From Candidatus Binataceae bacterium (lineage in GTDB: Bacteria; Desulfobacterota; Binatia; Binatales; Binataceae), in assembly GCA_963722605.1 (NCBI GenBank), contig CAVRNO010000002.1, positions 548,090-612,089 of the forward strand: DNA of 64,000 nucleotides, read 5' to 3'. Every line of letters starts with the position of its first letter. Within the stretch, counting starts at the first letter, position 1. The notes below the pieces were generated by a model. That model searched no databases. It was not told where the DNA came from and saw only the letters and a program-made list of their open reading frames with translations. Below, in pieces: positions 41,671-51,768 of the stretch. Position numbers and translations under genes: made by a program.

Positions 41671-42043
41671 TTCGGCTCAAACGACTAATCCATCGGCAGA
41701 GATTCGCTCTCGACCGATATTTGCTCTTGATTGGTTACGTTTACTTCAGACCATGAACTAACGTCTATGACCAATTGCGTTATTATCCGCACGCTTCGTG
41801 CCTATGTCAAGAGCCTTGCGCCCTCATAAGTTCTACTCAGCTCGAAATTTTACCTATTCACTCTGGTAAAGCGGTTCAAGACGAATAAAGGCGTTAAGGC
41901 GCGTGGTATTATTATTTTCGGCCGTAGTCTGCCGATTAGCGCTACTAAGTGCTGATTTGGTAGCGAGAGAGAAATAGAAAGTAGTGCAGCAATCGTTTGG
42001 ATTGGTGTAGAGTAGCTATAGCGACAGATGTTTCGACGCTTTG
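41671..42043. promoter_or_regulatory. AT-rich (~45% GC) intergenic region upstream of flp
   Basis: Compositional contrast with the background. The likely flp promoter and the hisA-side boundary of the inserted cassette. Confidence 0.4.
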
Positions 42044-42781
42044 CTAGCCGATAGCTGCGGCTAACGCGTCGCTCAGGCTGAAATTTCCTTCGTACAGCGC
42101 CCGTCCCACCACGACGCCCACGACCCCAGCCTCGAATCGCGTCCGAAGAGCGCGAATGTCGTCGAGACTCGCCACGCCACCCGACGCGATGACGGGGATA
42201 CGGACGGCGCCGGCGATTTCCGCCATCCGCGCCGGATCGACGCCCACCTGCGCGCCGTCGCGCGAGATGTCCGTCAGGATCGCAGCCGCGACCCCTGCCG
42301 AACGAAACCGGTTCGCCGCCTCGGCTAGCGTGAGCTGGCTCGTTTCGACCCACCCTTTGACGGCAAGCCGGCCATCGCGAATGTCGATCGAGCCGAAGAC
42401 CCTCCCCGGGAACTCGGCGCAGGCGCGGCGCACCAGCTCGGGATCGAGGAGTGCGGCCGAGCCAATCGAGACCCGGTCGGCCCCGCGCGCGAATGCGGCG
42501 CGAACCGCCTCGATAGCGCGCAGCCCGCCGCTCACGTCGATAGCGCATCGGACGGCCGCGCGGATTTTCGCGATCGCTTCGATATTTTGCGGCGTGCCGG
42601 CAATCGCGCCGTCAAGATCGACGATATGAATCAGCGACGCGCCCGCATCCTCGAAGCGACGCGCGGTCTGGCCGGGATCGGTGCCATAGACGGTCGCCCG
42701 GTTCATGTCGCCGCGCAGCAGGCGCACGACCTGGCCGCGCTTCAGGTCAATCGACGGAATAACGGTGAAGCTATCGAACAA
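42044..42781 (-). CDS. hisA: 1-(5-phosphoribosyl)-5-[(5-phosphoribosylamino)methylideneamino]imidazole-4-carboxamide isomerase
   Basis: HisA (beta/alpha)8 motifs (VIPSIDLKRGQVVRL, IASGGVASLDDI). Confidence 0.9.
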   Translation of the reverse strand: MFDSFTVIPSIDLKRGQVVRLLRGDMNRATVYGTDPGQTARRFEDAGASLIHIVDLDGAIAGTPQNIEAIAKIRAAVRCAIDVSGGLRAIEAVRAAFARGADRVSIGSAALLDPELVRRACAEFPGRVFGSIDIRDGRLAVKGWVETSQLTLAEAANRFRSAGVAAAILTDISRDGAQVGVDPARMAEIAGAVRIPVIASGGVASLDDIRALRTRFEAGVVGVVVGRALYEGNFSLSDALAAAIG

Positions 42782-42786
42782 GCGGT

Positions 42787-43458
42787 CTAGCTGAGCGTGC
42801 CTTTGGTCGAGAGCACGCCTGAGAGCCGCGGCTCGCGCGCCGTTGCCTGATCCATCGCGCGCGCCAACGCCTTGAAGGTCGCCTCGATGATGTGATGCGG
42901 GTTGCGGCCGCTGGCGAGGTTGAGATGCAGGTTCATCCCGACTTCGTCGGTCAGCGCCTTCATAAAATCGTGCACCAGCTCGGTCTGAAAGCTGCCGACC
43001 CGCTCCTGGCTGATCGGGACGTTGTATCCCAGGTAGGCGCGCCCGCTGATATCGACGATCGCGGTGCAGACGGCCTCGTCGAGCGGCACCGTCGCCTCGC
43101 CGAAGCGCTTGATTCCCGCGCGATCGCCCAGCGCCTCGCGAAACGCCCTGCCCAGCACGATCGCAACATCCTCGACCGTGTGGTGGTCATCTACGTGCAA
43201 ATCGCCCTTGGCCTCGACCTTCAAGTCGAAGAATCCGTGGCGCGCGAAGCTTTCCAGCATGTGATCGAGGAAGGCAACGCCGGTCCTTGCCTCGGCGCGT
43301 CCGGTCCCGTCGAGCTTGAGCGCCACCGCGACCGAAGTCTCGCGCGTCTTGCGCTCGACCTCCGCGACGCGCTTGGCCTCGGCCGGGGCGGGTTCCGCGA
43401 CCGGCCGCGCGCGGCTCTTATCCTGATTTTGGGTGCTGGGTTTGCGTTTGTTTTGCAT
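42787..43458 (-). CDS. hisB: imidazoleglycerol-phosphate dehydratase
   Basis: IGPD motifs (RKTRETSV, FLDHMLESFARHG, DDHHTVEDVAI). The start is MQNKRKP inside the longer ORF. Confidence 0.85.
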   Translation of the reverse strand: MQNKRKPSTQNQDKSRARPVAEPAPAEAKRVAEVERKTRETSVAVALKLDGTGRAEARTGVAFLDHMLESFARHGFFDLKVEAKGDLHVDDHHTVEDVAIVLGRAFREALGDRAGIKRFGEATVPLDEAVCTAIVDISGRAYLGYNVPISQERVGSFQTELVHDFMKALTDEVGMNLHLNLASGRNPHHIIEATFKALARAMDQATAREPRLSGVLSTKGTLS

Positions 43459-44785
43459 TTCTATTCCGCCGTCCCCGCGTTTCATCTGCCGCGCCGATTC
43501 GCAGTTCCATCGCGCGCGCATGGCCCTCGAACCCTTCCATCCGCGCCAGATGCGCCACCGCCGGTCCGAGCGCCGCAATCGCGCCCTTCGACGCCTCGAT
43601 TATACTGGTTCGTTTCAGGAAATCGTATGCACCCAAAGGCGACGCGAAACGCGCCGCGCCCCCGGTCGGCAGAACGTGATTGGGGCCCGCAAGGTAGTCG
43701 CCGAGCGGCGCCGGCGTGAGCGGGCCGAGGAAAACCGCGCCCGCCGCCTTGACCTTCGGCACCCATCGCGACGGATTGCGCACCTCGAGCTCGAGATGCT
43801 CCGGGCCTATCTGGTTGGCCAGGTCGAAGGCCTCGTTCAGATCGCGAACGATAACCATGGCGCCCCGTCGGACCAGTGCATTCTCGGCCTGGCGGGCGCG
43901 CGGCAGGCTTTTGAGCGCGACTTCCACCGCCTCGGCGACGCGATGCGCGATGCTCGCCGACGTCGTCAGCAGCATCGCCGTTTCGTCGCCGGAACCATGC
44001 TCCGCCTGCGCGATCAGGTCGGCGGCGATCCATTCGGGACGCGCGCGGTCGTCGGCGATCACCAGCACCTCGCTCGGCCCCGCCATCTTGTCGATATCCG
44101 CAACGCCATAGACCATCCGCTTGGCCGCCTGTACGAATGCGTTGCCGGGACCAACGATCTTGTCCACCGGCTTGATGCTTTTGGTCCCGTATGCGAGCGC
44201 TGCGACCGCCTGCGCTCCTCCGACGCGGTAGAATTCGTCGACGCCGGCAATTTCCGCAGCCGCAAGCACAGCCAGCCGCTCGCCATCCGCCGACGGCGGC
44301 GAGACCATCACGATTTCGGCGACGCCGGCGACCTTGGCGGGAATCGCATTCATCAGCACCGTCGACGGATACGCGCCGAGCCCGCCGGGCACATAAATCC
44401 CCACCCGGCGCATCGGTTGCACCATCTGGCCGAGCCGCATCCCGCAGTTGTCGCGATAGATGAACGATTTCTCCATCGTGCGGCGATGGAAATCGGCGAT
44501 TCGCCGCGCCGCCAGCTCCAGTGCGCTGCGATCTTCAGCCGCGATTCGCTTGAGCGCCGATCGGCGCTCAGCCGGCGTCACCCGGAGCGTGGCCGGGGTA
44601 AGCTTCACCCGGTCAAATTTGGCCGTCAGATCGATAAGCGCGCGATCGCCGCGCTTTCGCACGTCGGCAATAATCTTCGACACGGCCCGGTCGATTCCGG
44701 CGCCGTCGCCGCCTCGGCGCGCGAGTATCGCGGCCAGAAATTTTCTGAACTCCGCCGTCTGAGACTTAAGCACCCGGGGCCGCAT
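43418..44785 (-). CDS. hisD: histidinol dehydrogenase
   Basis: HisD signature (IVGPGNAFVQAAKRMVYG, AQAEHGSGDE). The C-terminal tail overlaps the hisB start, so the exact stop is uncertain. Confidence 0.85.
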   Translation of the reverse strand: MRPRVLKSQTAEFRKFLAAILARRGGDGAGIDRAVSKIIADVRKRGDRALIDLTAKFDRVKLTPATLRVTPAERRSALKRIAAEDRSALELAARRIADFHRRTMEKSFIYRDNCGMRLGQMVQPMRRVGIYVPGGLGAYPSTVLMNAIPAKVAGVAEIVMVSPPSADGERLAVLAAAEIAGVDEFYRVGGAQAVAALAYGTKSIKPVDKIVGPGNAFVQAAKRMVYGVADIDKMAGPSEVLVIADDRARPEWIAADLIAQAEHGSGDETAMLLTTSASIAHRVAEAVEVALKSLPRARQAENALVRRGAMVIVRDLNEAFDLANQIGPEHLELEVRNPSRWVPKVKAAGAVFLGPLTPAPLGDYLAGPNHVLPTGGAARFASPLGAYDFLKRTSIIEASKGAIAALGPAVAHLARMEGFEGHARAMELRIGAADETRGRRNRNAKQTQTQHPKSG

Positions 44786-44816
44786 GCGGTTTCATCCCTC
44801 TAAATTGACTTGCGAT

Positions 44817-46073
44817 TTATTCCTGGGCGCGCTCGATGCGCGCGCCGAGATGCTTGAGCTTGGCGTCGAGCGCCTCGTAGCCGCGGTCCAGATGATAGAT
44901 GCGGCTGAGCTCGGTCGAGTTTTCCGCGGCCAGGCCCGCGATTATCAAGCCCATGCTGGCGCGCAGATCGGTCGCCATCACCGGAGCGCCGCTCAGCTTC
45001 GACGGCCCGCGGACCACGGCGGTGGGACCTTTCATCACTATGTCGGCGCCCAGGCGCGCCAGTTCCTGGGCGTGCATGAATCGATTTTCAAAAATCGTCT
45101 CGGTGATGACGGAGGTACCGCCGGCCTGCGTCAGCATCGCCATCATCTGCGCCTGAAGATCGGTCGGAAACCCCGGGTACGGCAGCGTGCGCAGCTCGAC
45201 CGACTTGAGTTTATCGCCGCGCGTGACGCGGATGCCCTTGCCGACCGCCTCGACCACGACGCCCGCCTCGCCGAGCTTGGCCACGACCGCGTCCAGATGC
45301 TCGATCGGGGCGTTTGAAATCGTAACGTCGCCGCCGGTGATCGCCGCCGCCGCCATCATCGAGCCCGCCTCGATTCTGTCGGCTATCACTTCGTGCTCGG
45401 CGCCATGGAGGCGCTCGACGCCCTCGATTTCCAATACGTGCGTGCCGGCGCCGCTGATTTTCGCGCCCATCTTGACCAGCACTCGCGCGAGATCCTGCAC
45501 CTCGGGCTCGCGCGCGGCGTTTTCGATCACGGTGCGGCCGCGGGCGGTGACCGCCGCCATCAGAATGTTCTCGGTTGCGCCGACCGAGGGAATATCAAGC
45601 CAGATCCGCCCGCCGGACAGTTTTTCGGCGTGCGCCTCGACGTAACCGTGGCGAAACTGGATCTTGCTTCCGAGCGCGCGAATCCCCGAGATGTGCAAAT
45701 TCACCGGCCGCGCCCCGATCGCGCATCCACCCGGAGTCGAAACGCGCGCGCGTCCGGTGCGCGCCAGCAACGGGCCGAGCACGACGAACGACGCGCGCAT
45801 CGTCTTGACCAGTTCGTACGACGCCTCGTTCGAGGTAATTTTTGCGGCGCAAAGCTCGACGCTATGCTCCCCGGTCCAGCGCGCCGCGACGCCGAGCTGG
45901 GACAGAAGCGCGATCGCGGTTTTCACGTCGCGCAGCCGCGGAACGTTGGTGAGATGCAGCGGTTCCGGCGTCAGGATCGACGCCATCATGATCGGCAGCG
46001 CGGCGTTCTTGCTGCCACTGAGCGTGACGGTGCCGCGCAGCGGAACGCCCCCATGAATTATCATTTTCTCCAT
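44817..46073 (-). CDS. murA: UDP-N-acetylglucosamine 1-carboxyvinyltransferase
   Basis: Full-length MurA similarity (IHGGVPLRGTVTLSGSKNAALP, active-site C in TPGGCAIGARPV). The ATG at 46073 is preferred over the TTG at 46079. Confidence 0.9.
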   Translation of the reverse strand: MEKMIIHGGVPLRGTVTLSGSKNAALPIMMASILTPEPLHLTNVPRLRDVKTAIALLSQLGVAARWTGEHSVELCAAKITSNEASYELVKTMRASFVVLGPLLARTGRARVSTPGGCAIGARPVNLHISGIRALGSKIQFRHGYVEAHAEKLSGGRIWLDIPSVGATENILMAAVTARGRTVIENAAREPEVQDLARVLVKMGAKISGAGTHVLEIEGVERLHGAEHEVIADRIEAGSMMAAAAITGGDVTISNAPIEHLDAVVAKLGEAGVVVEAVGKGIRVTRGDKLKSVELRTLPYPGFPTDLQAQMMAMLTQAGGTSVITETIFENRFMHAQELARLGADIVMKGPTAVVRGPSKLSGAPVMATDLRASMGLIIAGLAAENSTELSRIYHLDRGYEALDAKLKHLGARIERAQE

Positions 46074-46079
46074 CGCCAA

Positions 46080-46250
46080 CTACGCCCCGCTTCTTCGCGC
46101 GCGCACGACGCGCGGATGCCCCGCGAGACCGTTTATCACAGAGACGGCCCGCAAGCCCGCTTCCTCGAACAGCTTCGCCACCGCCGCCCCCTGCCCCACC
46201 CCCATTTCCACGATCAGCTCGCCATCGCGCGCAAGGATATCGACGCTCAT
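46080..46250 (-). pseudogene. duplicated remnant of the prmC 3' end (56-codon ORF with its own ATG)
   Basis: 46093..46236 is a near-copy of 47071..47218, with ~4 substitutions plus a divergent ~30 bp stretch that has an 11 bp indel. It translates to ...GELIVEMGVGQGAAVAKLFEEAGLRAVSVINGLAGHPRVVRARRSGA*, and the stop abuts murA. Confidence 0.5.
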
Positions 46251-46251
46251 T

Positions 46252-47052
46252 CTACGGGTGGATTGCGGGCAAACTCATTCCGTGAGCATCAATATGAACT
46301 GTCCGAATGATCGAAAGCAGTGGGAACTTTCCGTCGTGCGGCGGCGGAACAGATTCAGCGTAGTCACTTCCCCCCATGCCCGTGGAAATCCTGCAGGGGC
46401 GAGGCTGCAATATGTTTATCGCCCAGTGCCATGCCGCGCGGCCACAGTCGATCCGCAGCAGAGCCTCATGCCCGTCTAACTGCATGGGGCTGAGCGACGA
46501 GCAGACGGGGCGGCCTGTCTCCGGGGCAGTCTTAATTTCATCTTCGTGAAGTCGCGACTGAAATTCAAACGCCTTCTTGATTTTCTCGGCCGCCACTTCT
46601 GGAGTCGTGCTCTCACTATGGACGAGAACCCGCAGCACGAGCTCGCCCTGGGTGACCGGAGTGTCACCGACCAGATCGACTACCTTGGCCAAGTCTGACG
46701 GCGGATTGTCGAGACCGAAGGGATCCAAGACAGCAGGAGTCCGGAACTCTCTCTCGTTCACCCGCAGCGACGGCGGGTAACGAAATGAAAGCCCTGTGGC
46801 TGGGTCGTGGAACTCTCGCCAACCACTTGTGCCGATCCGCGCCTGTTCGGTGGGAACCGCAGCCGGCATCGCGGTCGCCGCGACCATCTCCAGCGGTTCT
46901 GGGCCCGCGTCAAACCGGATGCCCGTCGGGCCGGGGTATAAGATCAATGCGGCTGGGCGTTCAGCCGCTTCGACTTGCTGCGGACCATTGCACAGTGCCG
47001 CACAAATGGCGATGCAGAGAAAGAAAGCGGCGGATGTGTGTCCAAATATCAT
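46252..47052 (-). CDS. hypothetical secreted protein (266 aa) inserted between prmC and its duplicated 3' end
   Basis: Signal peptide (FFLCIAICAALC). No recognised domain. The 3' part is lower in GC. Confidence 0.5.
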   Translation of the reverse strand: MIFGHTSAAFFLCIAICAALCNGPQQVEAAERPAALILYPGPTGIRFDAGPEPLEMVAATAMPAAVPTEQARIGTSGWREFHDPATGLSFRYPPSLRVNEREFRTPAVLDPFGLDNPPSDLAKVVDLVGDTPVTQGELVLRVLVHSESTTPEVAAEKIKKAFEFQSRLHEDEIKTAPETGRPVCSSLSPMQLDGHEALLRIDCGRAAWHWAINILQPRPCRISTGMGGSDYAESVPPPHDGKFPLLSIIRTVHIDAHGMSLPAIHP

Positions 47053-47063
47053 TGCTTTCGTAC

Positions 47064-47942
47064 TTAAACCCTTCGCGCGCGCACGACGCGCGGATGCCCC
47101 GCGAGATCGTTTATCACAGAGACGACCCGCAAGCCCGCTTCCTCGATCAGCTTCGCCACCGCCGCTTTCGTTGCATCCCCCTCCCCCACTTCCACGATCA
47201 GCTCGCCATCGCTCGCAAGATGCCGCGGCGCGCCCGCTGCAATTCTGCGAAAGATGTCGAGCCCTCCCGCTCCCGCGCTCAGCGCAACGCGCGGCTCGAA
47301 GGCGCGCACCTCGGGTTCCAGCGCGGCGATCTCCGCGTCATCCAGGTAAGGCGGATTGGAGACTATCAGCTCGAAAGACTCAAGCGCCGCTCCGCCGTCC
47401 AGGACGTCGAAGCAGTCGGCGCGCCGGAACGTCACCCGATCCTCGACCCGATGCCGCCGCGCGTTGCGCGACGCGATCGCAATCGCGCCGGCGGAAATTT
47501 CCACTGCCGTCACGCGAACGCGCCGAGCGTTGACCGCGATTGCGATAGCGATTGCCCCCGACCCGGTGCCGATGTCGAGCACGCGCGCGTCCGGCGCTCC
47601 GGCGATAAACTTGAGCGCCGCGTCAACGACTAGCTCGGTCTCGGGCCGCGGAATCAGGACCGCCGGACTTACCTCGAAATCGAGCGAGTAGAATTCCTTG
47701 CACCCCAGGATGTACGCGACCGGCTCGCGTTTTTCGCGCCGCACGATCATCGTCTCGAATTTGTCTAGCGTCGCGGGCGATAGATCGATCGAACCCGTGA
47801 TAGCGGCTTCGCGCGAGACTCCCGCCGCCGCGGCAATCAGAAGTTCAGCGTCGAGCCGCGCCGATTCGATGCCGCTTGCGGCGAGCCTGCGCGCGGCCTT
47901 GTCTATCTCCTCCAACGCGCGCCGCGCGGGCACCCGGTTCAT
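47064..47942 (-). CDS. prmC: release factor glutamine N5-methyltransferase
   Basis: HemK/PrmC motifs (VLDIGTGSGAIAIAIA, IVSNPPY). It immediately follows prfA. Confidence 0.85.
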   Translation of the reverse strand: MNRVPARRALEEIDKAARRLAASGIESARLDAELLIAAAAGVSREAAITGSIDLSPATLDKFETMIVRREKREPVAYILGCKEFYSLDFEVSPAVLIPRPETELVVDAALKFIAGAPDARVLDIGTGSGAIAIAIAVNARRVRVTAVEISAGAIAIASRNARRHRVEDRVTFRRADCFDVLDGGAALESFELIVSNPPYLDDAEIAALEPEVRAFEPRVALSAGAGGLDIFRRIAAGAPRHLASDGELIVEVGEGDATKAAVAKLIEEAGLRVVSVINDLAGHPRVVRARRV

Positions 47943-47949
47943 GGCGATG

Positions 47950-49011
47950 CTACGCGCTGAGCGCCTGCTCCTGATCGTAGGCCGCCAGCGCGTCGATAAT
48001 CGGATCGATTTCGCCGTCGAGAAACTTGTCGAGCTGATGAATCGTCACGTTGACGCGATGGTCGGTCACGCGCGATTGCGGAAAATTGTAGGTGCGGATG
48101 CGCTCGGAACGGTCGCCCGTACCCACCATCGAACGCCGCGTCTGCGCGATCTTCGCCTGCTGCTCCGACTGCGCCGCCTCGAGCAGCCGAGCCCGCAGGA
48201 TCTTCAACGCCTTCGCTTTGTTCTTGTGCTGCGACTTTTCGTCGCGTTGGATTATCACCATGCCGCTCGGGATATGCGTGATGCGCACCGCCGAGTCGGT
48301 GGTATTGACGCTCTGGCCGCCCGGTCCCGACGCGCGCATCACGTCGATTCGCAGGTCCTTGGCTTCGTTGATATTGACCTCGACCTCGTCCGCCTCGGGC
48401 ATCACCGCGACGGTGACCGCGGAGGTGTGGATGCGCCCCGAGCCTTCGGTTTCAGGTACGCGCTGCACGCGATGCACCCCGCCTTCGTACTTGAGCCGCG
48501 AGTATGCGCCGCGTCCGCTCACCAGCGCGATCACTTCCTTGATTCCGCCAAGCCCGGTCTCGCTCAGGCTGAGCGACTCGATCTTGAACCCGTGGCGCTC
48601 GGCGTAGCGCGTGTACATCCGATACAGGTCCCCGGCAAACAGCGAGGCCTCCTCGCCGCCGGTTCCGGCGCGGATTTCGAGGATCACGTTCTTTTCGTCG
48701 TTGGGATCGCGCGGCGTGAGCAGCTCCTTGAGTTTGTCCTCGACCGCGGCAAGATTTTTCTGCAACGCCGGCATCTCGGCCTTGGCCAGCTCGCGCAAGT
48801 CGGCGTCGTCGCCATCGAGGATCGACTTGTGGCCCGCGATCTCGTCGGCGATGCGGATATATTCGCGGGCGCAATGCGCCGCCTCGGAAAGCTGCGCGCG
48901 CTCTTTGGCCAGCCGGGCGTATTCGCGCTGATTGCCGAGCGTGGCCGGATCGCTGAGCTTGCGCTCCAGCTCCGCCACCCGCTCTTCTATCGCGCTTGCC
49001 TTATCCAGCAT
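47950..49011 (-). CDS. prfA: peptide chain release factor 1
   Basis: GGQ motif (RASGPGGQSVN), PxT-region, full-length RF1 similarity. Confidence 0.9.
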   Translation of the reverse strand: MLDKASAIEERVAELERKLSDPATLGNQREYARLAKERAQLSEAAHCAREYIRIADEIAGHKSILDGDDADLRELAKAEMPALQKNLAAVEDKLKELLTPRDPNDEKNVILEIRAGTGGEEASLFAGDLYRMYTRYAERHGFKIESLSLSETGLGGIKEVIALVSGRGAYSRLKYEGGVHRVQRVPETEGSGRIHTSAVTVAVMPEADEVEVNINEAKDLRIDVMRASGPGGQSVNTTDSAVRITHIPSGMVIIQRDEKSQHKNKAKALKILRARLLEAAQSEQQAKIAQTRRSMVGTGDRSERIRTYNFPQSRVTDHRVNVTIHQLDKFLDGEIDPIIDALAAYDQEQALSA

Positions 49012-49192
49012 CGGATTCTTTGCACGCTTGTACTCATCTGGGCGTTAGTCTGTACGTTCGCGTGGCAGTGAGAAGGATCGCCTGGGCGAAATGGGGCAAC
49101 GGTAGTGGAAAGTCCCTGAAAAAGCCGTGCCGGTAGATTCTCCCCCGCGCACCCGGGTGCGTAGCGCACCGCAGGCGGCGGGAGTTGCTATG

Positions 49193-49432
49193 CTACTTCT
49201 CGGCGGCGGTTGCCGCCGTCTTTTCCGCCGGCTTCTTGATGCCGTACTTGCGATTAAACCGCTCGACCCGCCCCGCGGTATCGACCAGGCGCTGCGTGCC
49301 GGTGTAAAAGGGGTGACACTTCGAGCAGACCTCGACCTGCAACTGCTTGAGCGTCGAGCGCGTTTCGAAGGTGTTGCCGCACGCACAGACGACTGTGCAG
49401 CGACGGTATTCAGGATGGATTCCAGCTTTCAT
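49193..49432 (-). CDS. rpmE: 50S ribosomal protein L31
   Basis: MKAGIHPEY start, CxxC...CxxCH zinc ribbon (CACG...[10 protein letters not shown]). Confidence 0.85.
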   Translation of the reverse strand: MKAGIHPEYRRCTVVCACGNTFETRSTLKQLQVEVCSKCHPFYTGTQRLVDTAGRVERFNRKYGIKKPAEKTAATAAEK

Positions 49433-49459
49433 TTTTGCTTCTCGAACTCTGTTTCCTCT

Positions 49460-51058
49460 TGCGTCAGAGGATACCATCGGGAGCTATCGCACACAATTCG
49501 CGCGCCGCGACCGCCCTTTCGGGCTTTTCGGCTCGCAATCGCCGTGGCTGCCTCGACTGCGGTTATTTTAATCACAATATTCCCGATTGCCAGCTTCGCC
49601 GCGCCAGCCGCCACGGCTGCGCCAACGACCGGCTTCGCGCCCGATGATCGAACGCTTTTCGCGCCGATCGTCGATCTCGCGCCGCCCGGCCCCGCGCGCG
49701 CGTCGCGTGCGATCGCAATCCTGAACCGGCAGCTCGATTTCCAGCGCAAGATCTCGTTCCACCCCACGCTTGCCCCGGCGCTCCAGGATGTCCTCGATCT
49801 GCTTCCGCCGCGCCAATCGACGATGATCCGCGCCGCCGCCCTCTACTCGAAACCGTCGATCCCGTGGCGCGACGAGCCGGACGGTACGCATCAGATTTGC
49901 GTCGCCGGACGGCCAAGTGACGGCGAGTATTTGTACACGCTGTCCCCCGGCTGGGATCGGCCGGAGGAGCCCGCGCAATTTTCGGGCGTGTTCGGCCTCA
50001 AGCCCGGCGCCGATTCCTCTCCCACCGACATTTCGAGCGTCACCGGCACGCTCGCCGGCGAGCTGATGATCGATACCTACGGTCTCGGCGGGCTGGTTGA
50101 CGCCGCGGCCGATGCGATCCGCGAGGTTCACGGCGATCTGAGACCGCCGTGGGATTCTTCGCCCGGCGCATTCAACCATCACGACCGAGCCGCGCTCGAC
50201 AAATTCCACCGCCAGATGCCGCATCTTGCGGCGAAGTTCGACCACTACTTCAAATTCAACAACCTGCTCGACGAGTTCAATTCGCCCGCGGGCCCCGTCG
50301 TGCTGCTGAACGTCGATGCCGAAGTTCGCCAGGACGCGCTCAGGAAATATCCGTTGCTGTACGATTTCTATCGCAAAGTCGTACCCGCGGTGACGGCGAA
50401 ATCCGCTATCCTGGATTCGCACGGAAATTTCTGGGTGCGCGAGGGCTTCGACCACGGCCGCATCCACTTCACCATGATGATTCGGGGCGGACTGCTCACG
50501 CCGTTCAACGCCGCGATGCAACCGGCCGGCGACGGTATTGCGCTCAATCGAATCGCGCGCGGCGGTTACCGGACGTTGTCGTCGGCGCAGGTGACCAGTC
50601 TCGCGATGAATTTCGGGCTGGCCAACGTTGGATTTGCAACCGACTACCGCCGCGACCCGGGCTCGGTGACGTTCGTCAACCGGATGGACGCGGTCCCCCA
50701 AATGATCGCGCCACCCGGCGTGCATCAGGTGATGGACTTGATCGCGGGGGACTTTCTGCGCGCGCTGGCTACCGAAAGCGGCGGCATGAACGTAAGCCTC
50801 AGCTCGCGGATGCTCCCCAGCGGGATGTACGATTTCTCGGGCGGCGTCACCGCGCAGTTGAATTACTCGCCCGCGCTGGAGTTGCTCGCGCGAATCGGCG
50901 ATGCGATCGCGAACAGGCACAACGACCAGGTTCGCGCCGAGGAACGCGCATTCGGCGAGGAACTGTTCGACGCCTTCGTCGCCGATTACAATGATGCGCG
51001 TGGGGCAATTGTCGCCCTGGATTCGGATAAAGACAGCCGACAGGAAAAATCCAAATGA
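49460..51058 (+). CDS. hypothetical secreted protein (~530 aa)
   Basis: Signal-peptide-like segment ([29 protein letters not shown]). No recognised domain. The start is uncertain; the ORF opens at 49127, but its upstream part overlaps rpmE. Confidence 0.5.
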   Translation, partial: CVRGYHRELSHTIRAPRPPFRAFRLAIAVAASTAVILITIFPIASFAAPAATAAPTTGFAPDDRTLFAPIVDLAPPGPARASRAIAILNRQLDFQRKISFHPTLAPALQDVLDLLPPRQSTMIRAAALYSKPSIPWRDEPDGTHQICVAGRPSDGEYLYTLSPGWDRPEEPAQFSGVFGLKPGADSSPTDISSVTGTLAGELMIDTYGLGGLVDAAADAIREVHGDLRPPWDSSPGAFNHHDRAALDKFHRQMPHLAAKFDHYFKFNNLLDEFNSPAGPVVLLNVDAEVRQDALRKYPLLYDFYRKVVPAVTAKSAILDSHGNFWVREGFDHGRIHFTMMIRGGLLTPFNAAMQPAGDGIALNRIARGGYRTLSSAQVTSLAMNFGLANVGFATDYRRDPGSVTFVNRMDAVPQMIAPPGVHQVMDLIAGDFLRALATESGGMNVSLSSRMLPSGMYDFSGGVTAQLNYSPALELLARIGDAIANRHNDQVRAEERAFGEELFDAFVADYNDARGAIVALDSDKDSRQEKSK

Positions 51059-51756
51059 GCCGCGCACGACGCAAACGGTTTTTCACCGCGATGCTCTTTG
51101 CCGCCGCAATTCTCACCGCGGGATGCGCCGCCGAGGACAAGCCGCCGCCGAGCATGCCTGACGCCGGCCCGCAAGCGAAGCTGCTCAGCGATTTGTCGGC
51201 CGTCTCCGACGCCCCCGTCGGTCCGCTCGTCGCCAATGCGGTTCCTGCCCCCGGCGAAGGACTGTTACACGATCAAGCCGCGGTCTCGGCCGGGCCCCGC
51301 ACCTTTGAGACCGAGCCCGGCATGTCGCGCCAGATCGGCACCGAAAGAACTCCCAGCACGGTGCGCCTGCTGAACGCGAAAGCCGCCAAGTTCGGGATTT
51401 TTTCCACCGCAATACTCGATCGCCTCTATGCGCACCTCAGCATCGCCGAAAAATCCGAGGAGATTTCGCAAACCAGGCTGCCCACCGAAATCAAGCCCGT
51501 CGTCATCACCGCAATCCTTGACAAAACCGGCAAGCTCACCGAACTCATCCTCGAGCAACACTCCGGCAAGGCGAAAATCGATCTGATGATGCTCGAGGTC
51601 TGCAAGAAGGGTCTCTGGTACGAGAATCCTCCCGCCGCCGCGCTTTCAGGCGACGGCAACTACAAGCTGACTATCCGCATGAAGCTCGAGAACTACGGCA
51701 CCGTGGACGAGCGTCATTGGACCTTTATCACCGACCTCGCACTCGGCATCGGCTAG
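51055..51756 (+). CDS. hypothetical lipoprotein
   Basis: Lipobox (LTAGC). Its start overlaps the upstream stop (ATGA), which suggests translational coupling. Confidence 0.5.
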   Translation: MSRARRKRFFTAMLFAAAILTAGCAAEDKPPPSMPDAGPQAKLLSDLSAVSDAPVGPLVANAVPAPGEGLLHDQAAVSAGPRTFETEPGMSRQIGTERTPSTVRLLNAKAAKFGIFSTAILDRLYAHLSIAEKSEEISQTRLPTEIKPVVITAILDKTGKLTELILEQHSGKAKIDLMMLEVCKKGLWYENPPAAALSGDGNYKLTIRMKLENYGTVDERHWTFITDLALGIG

Positions 51757-51768
51757 CCGCGCCCCTCG

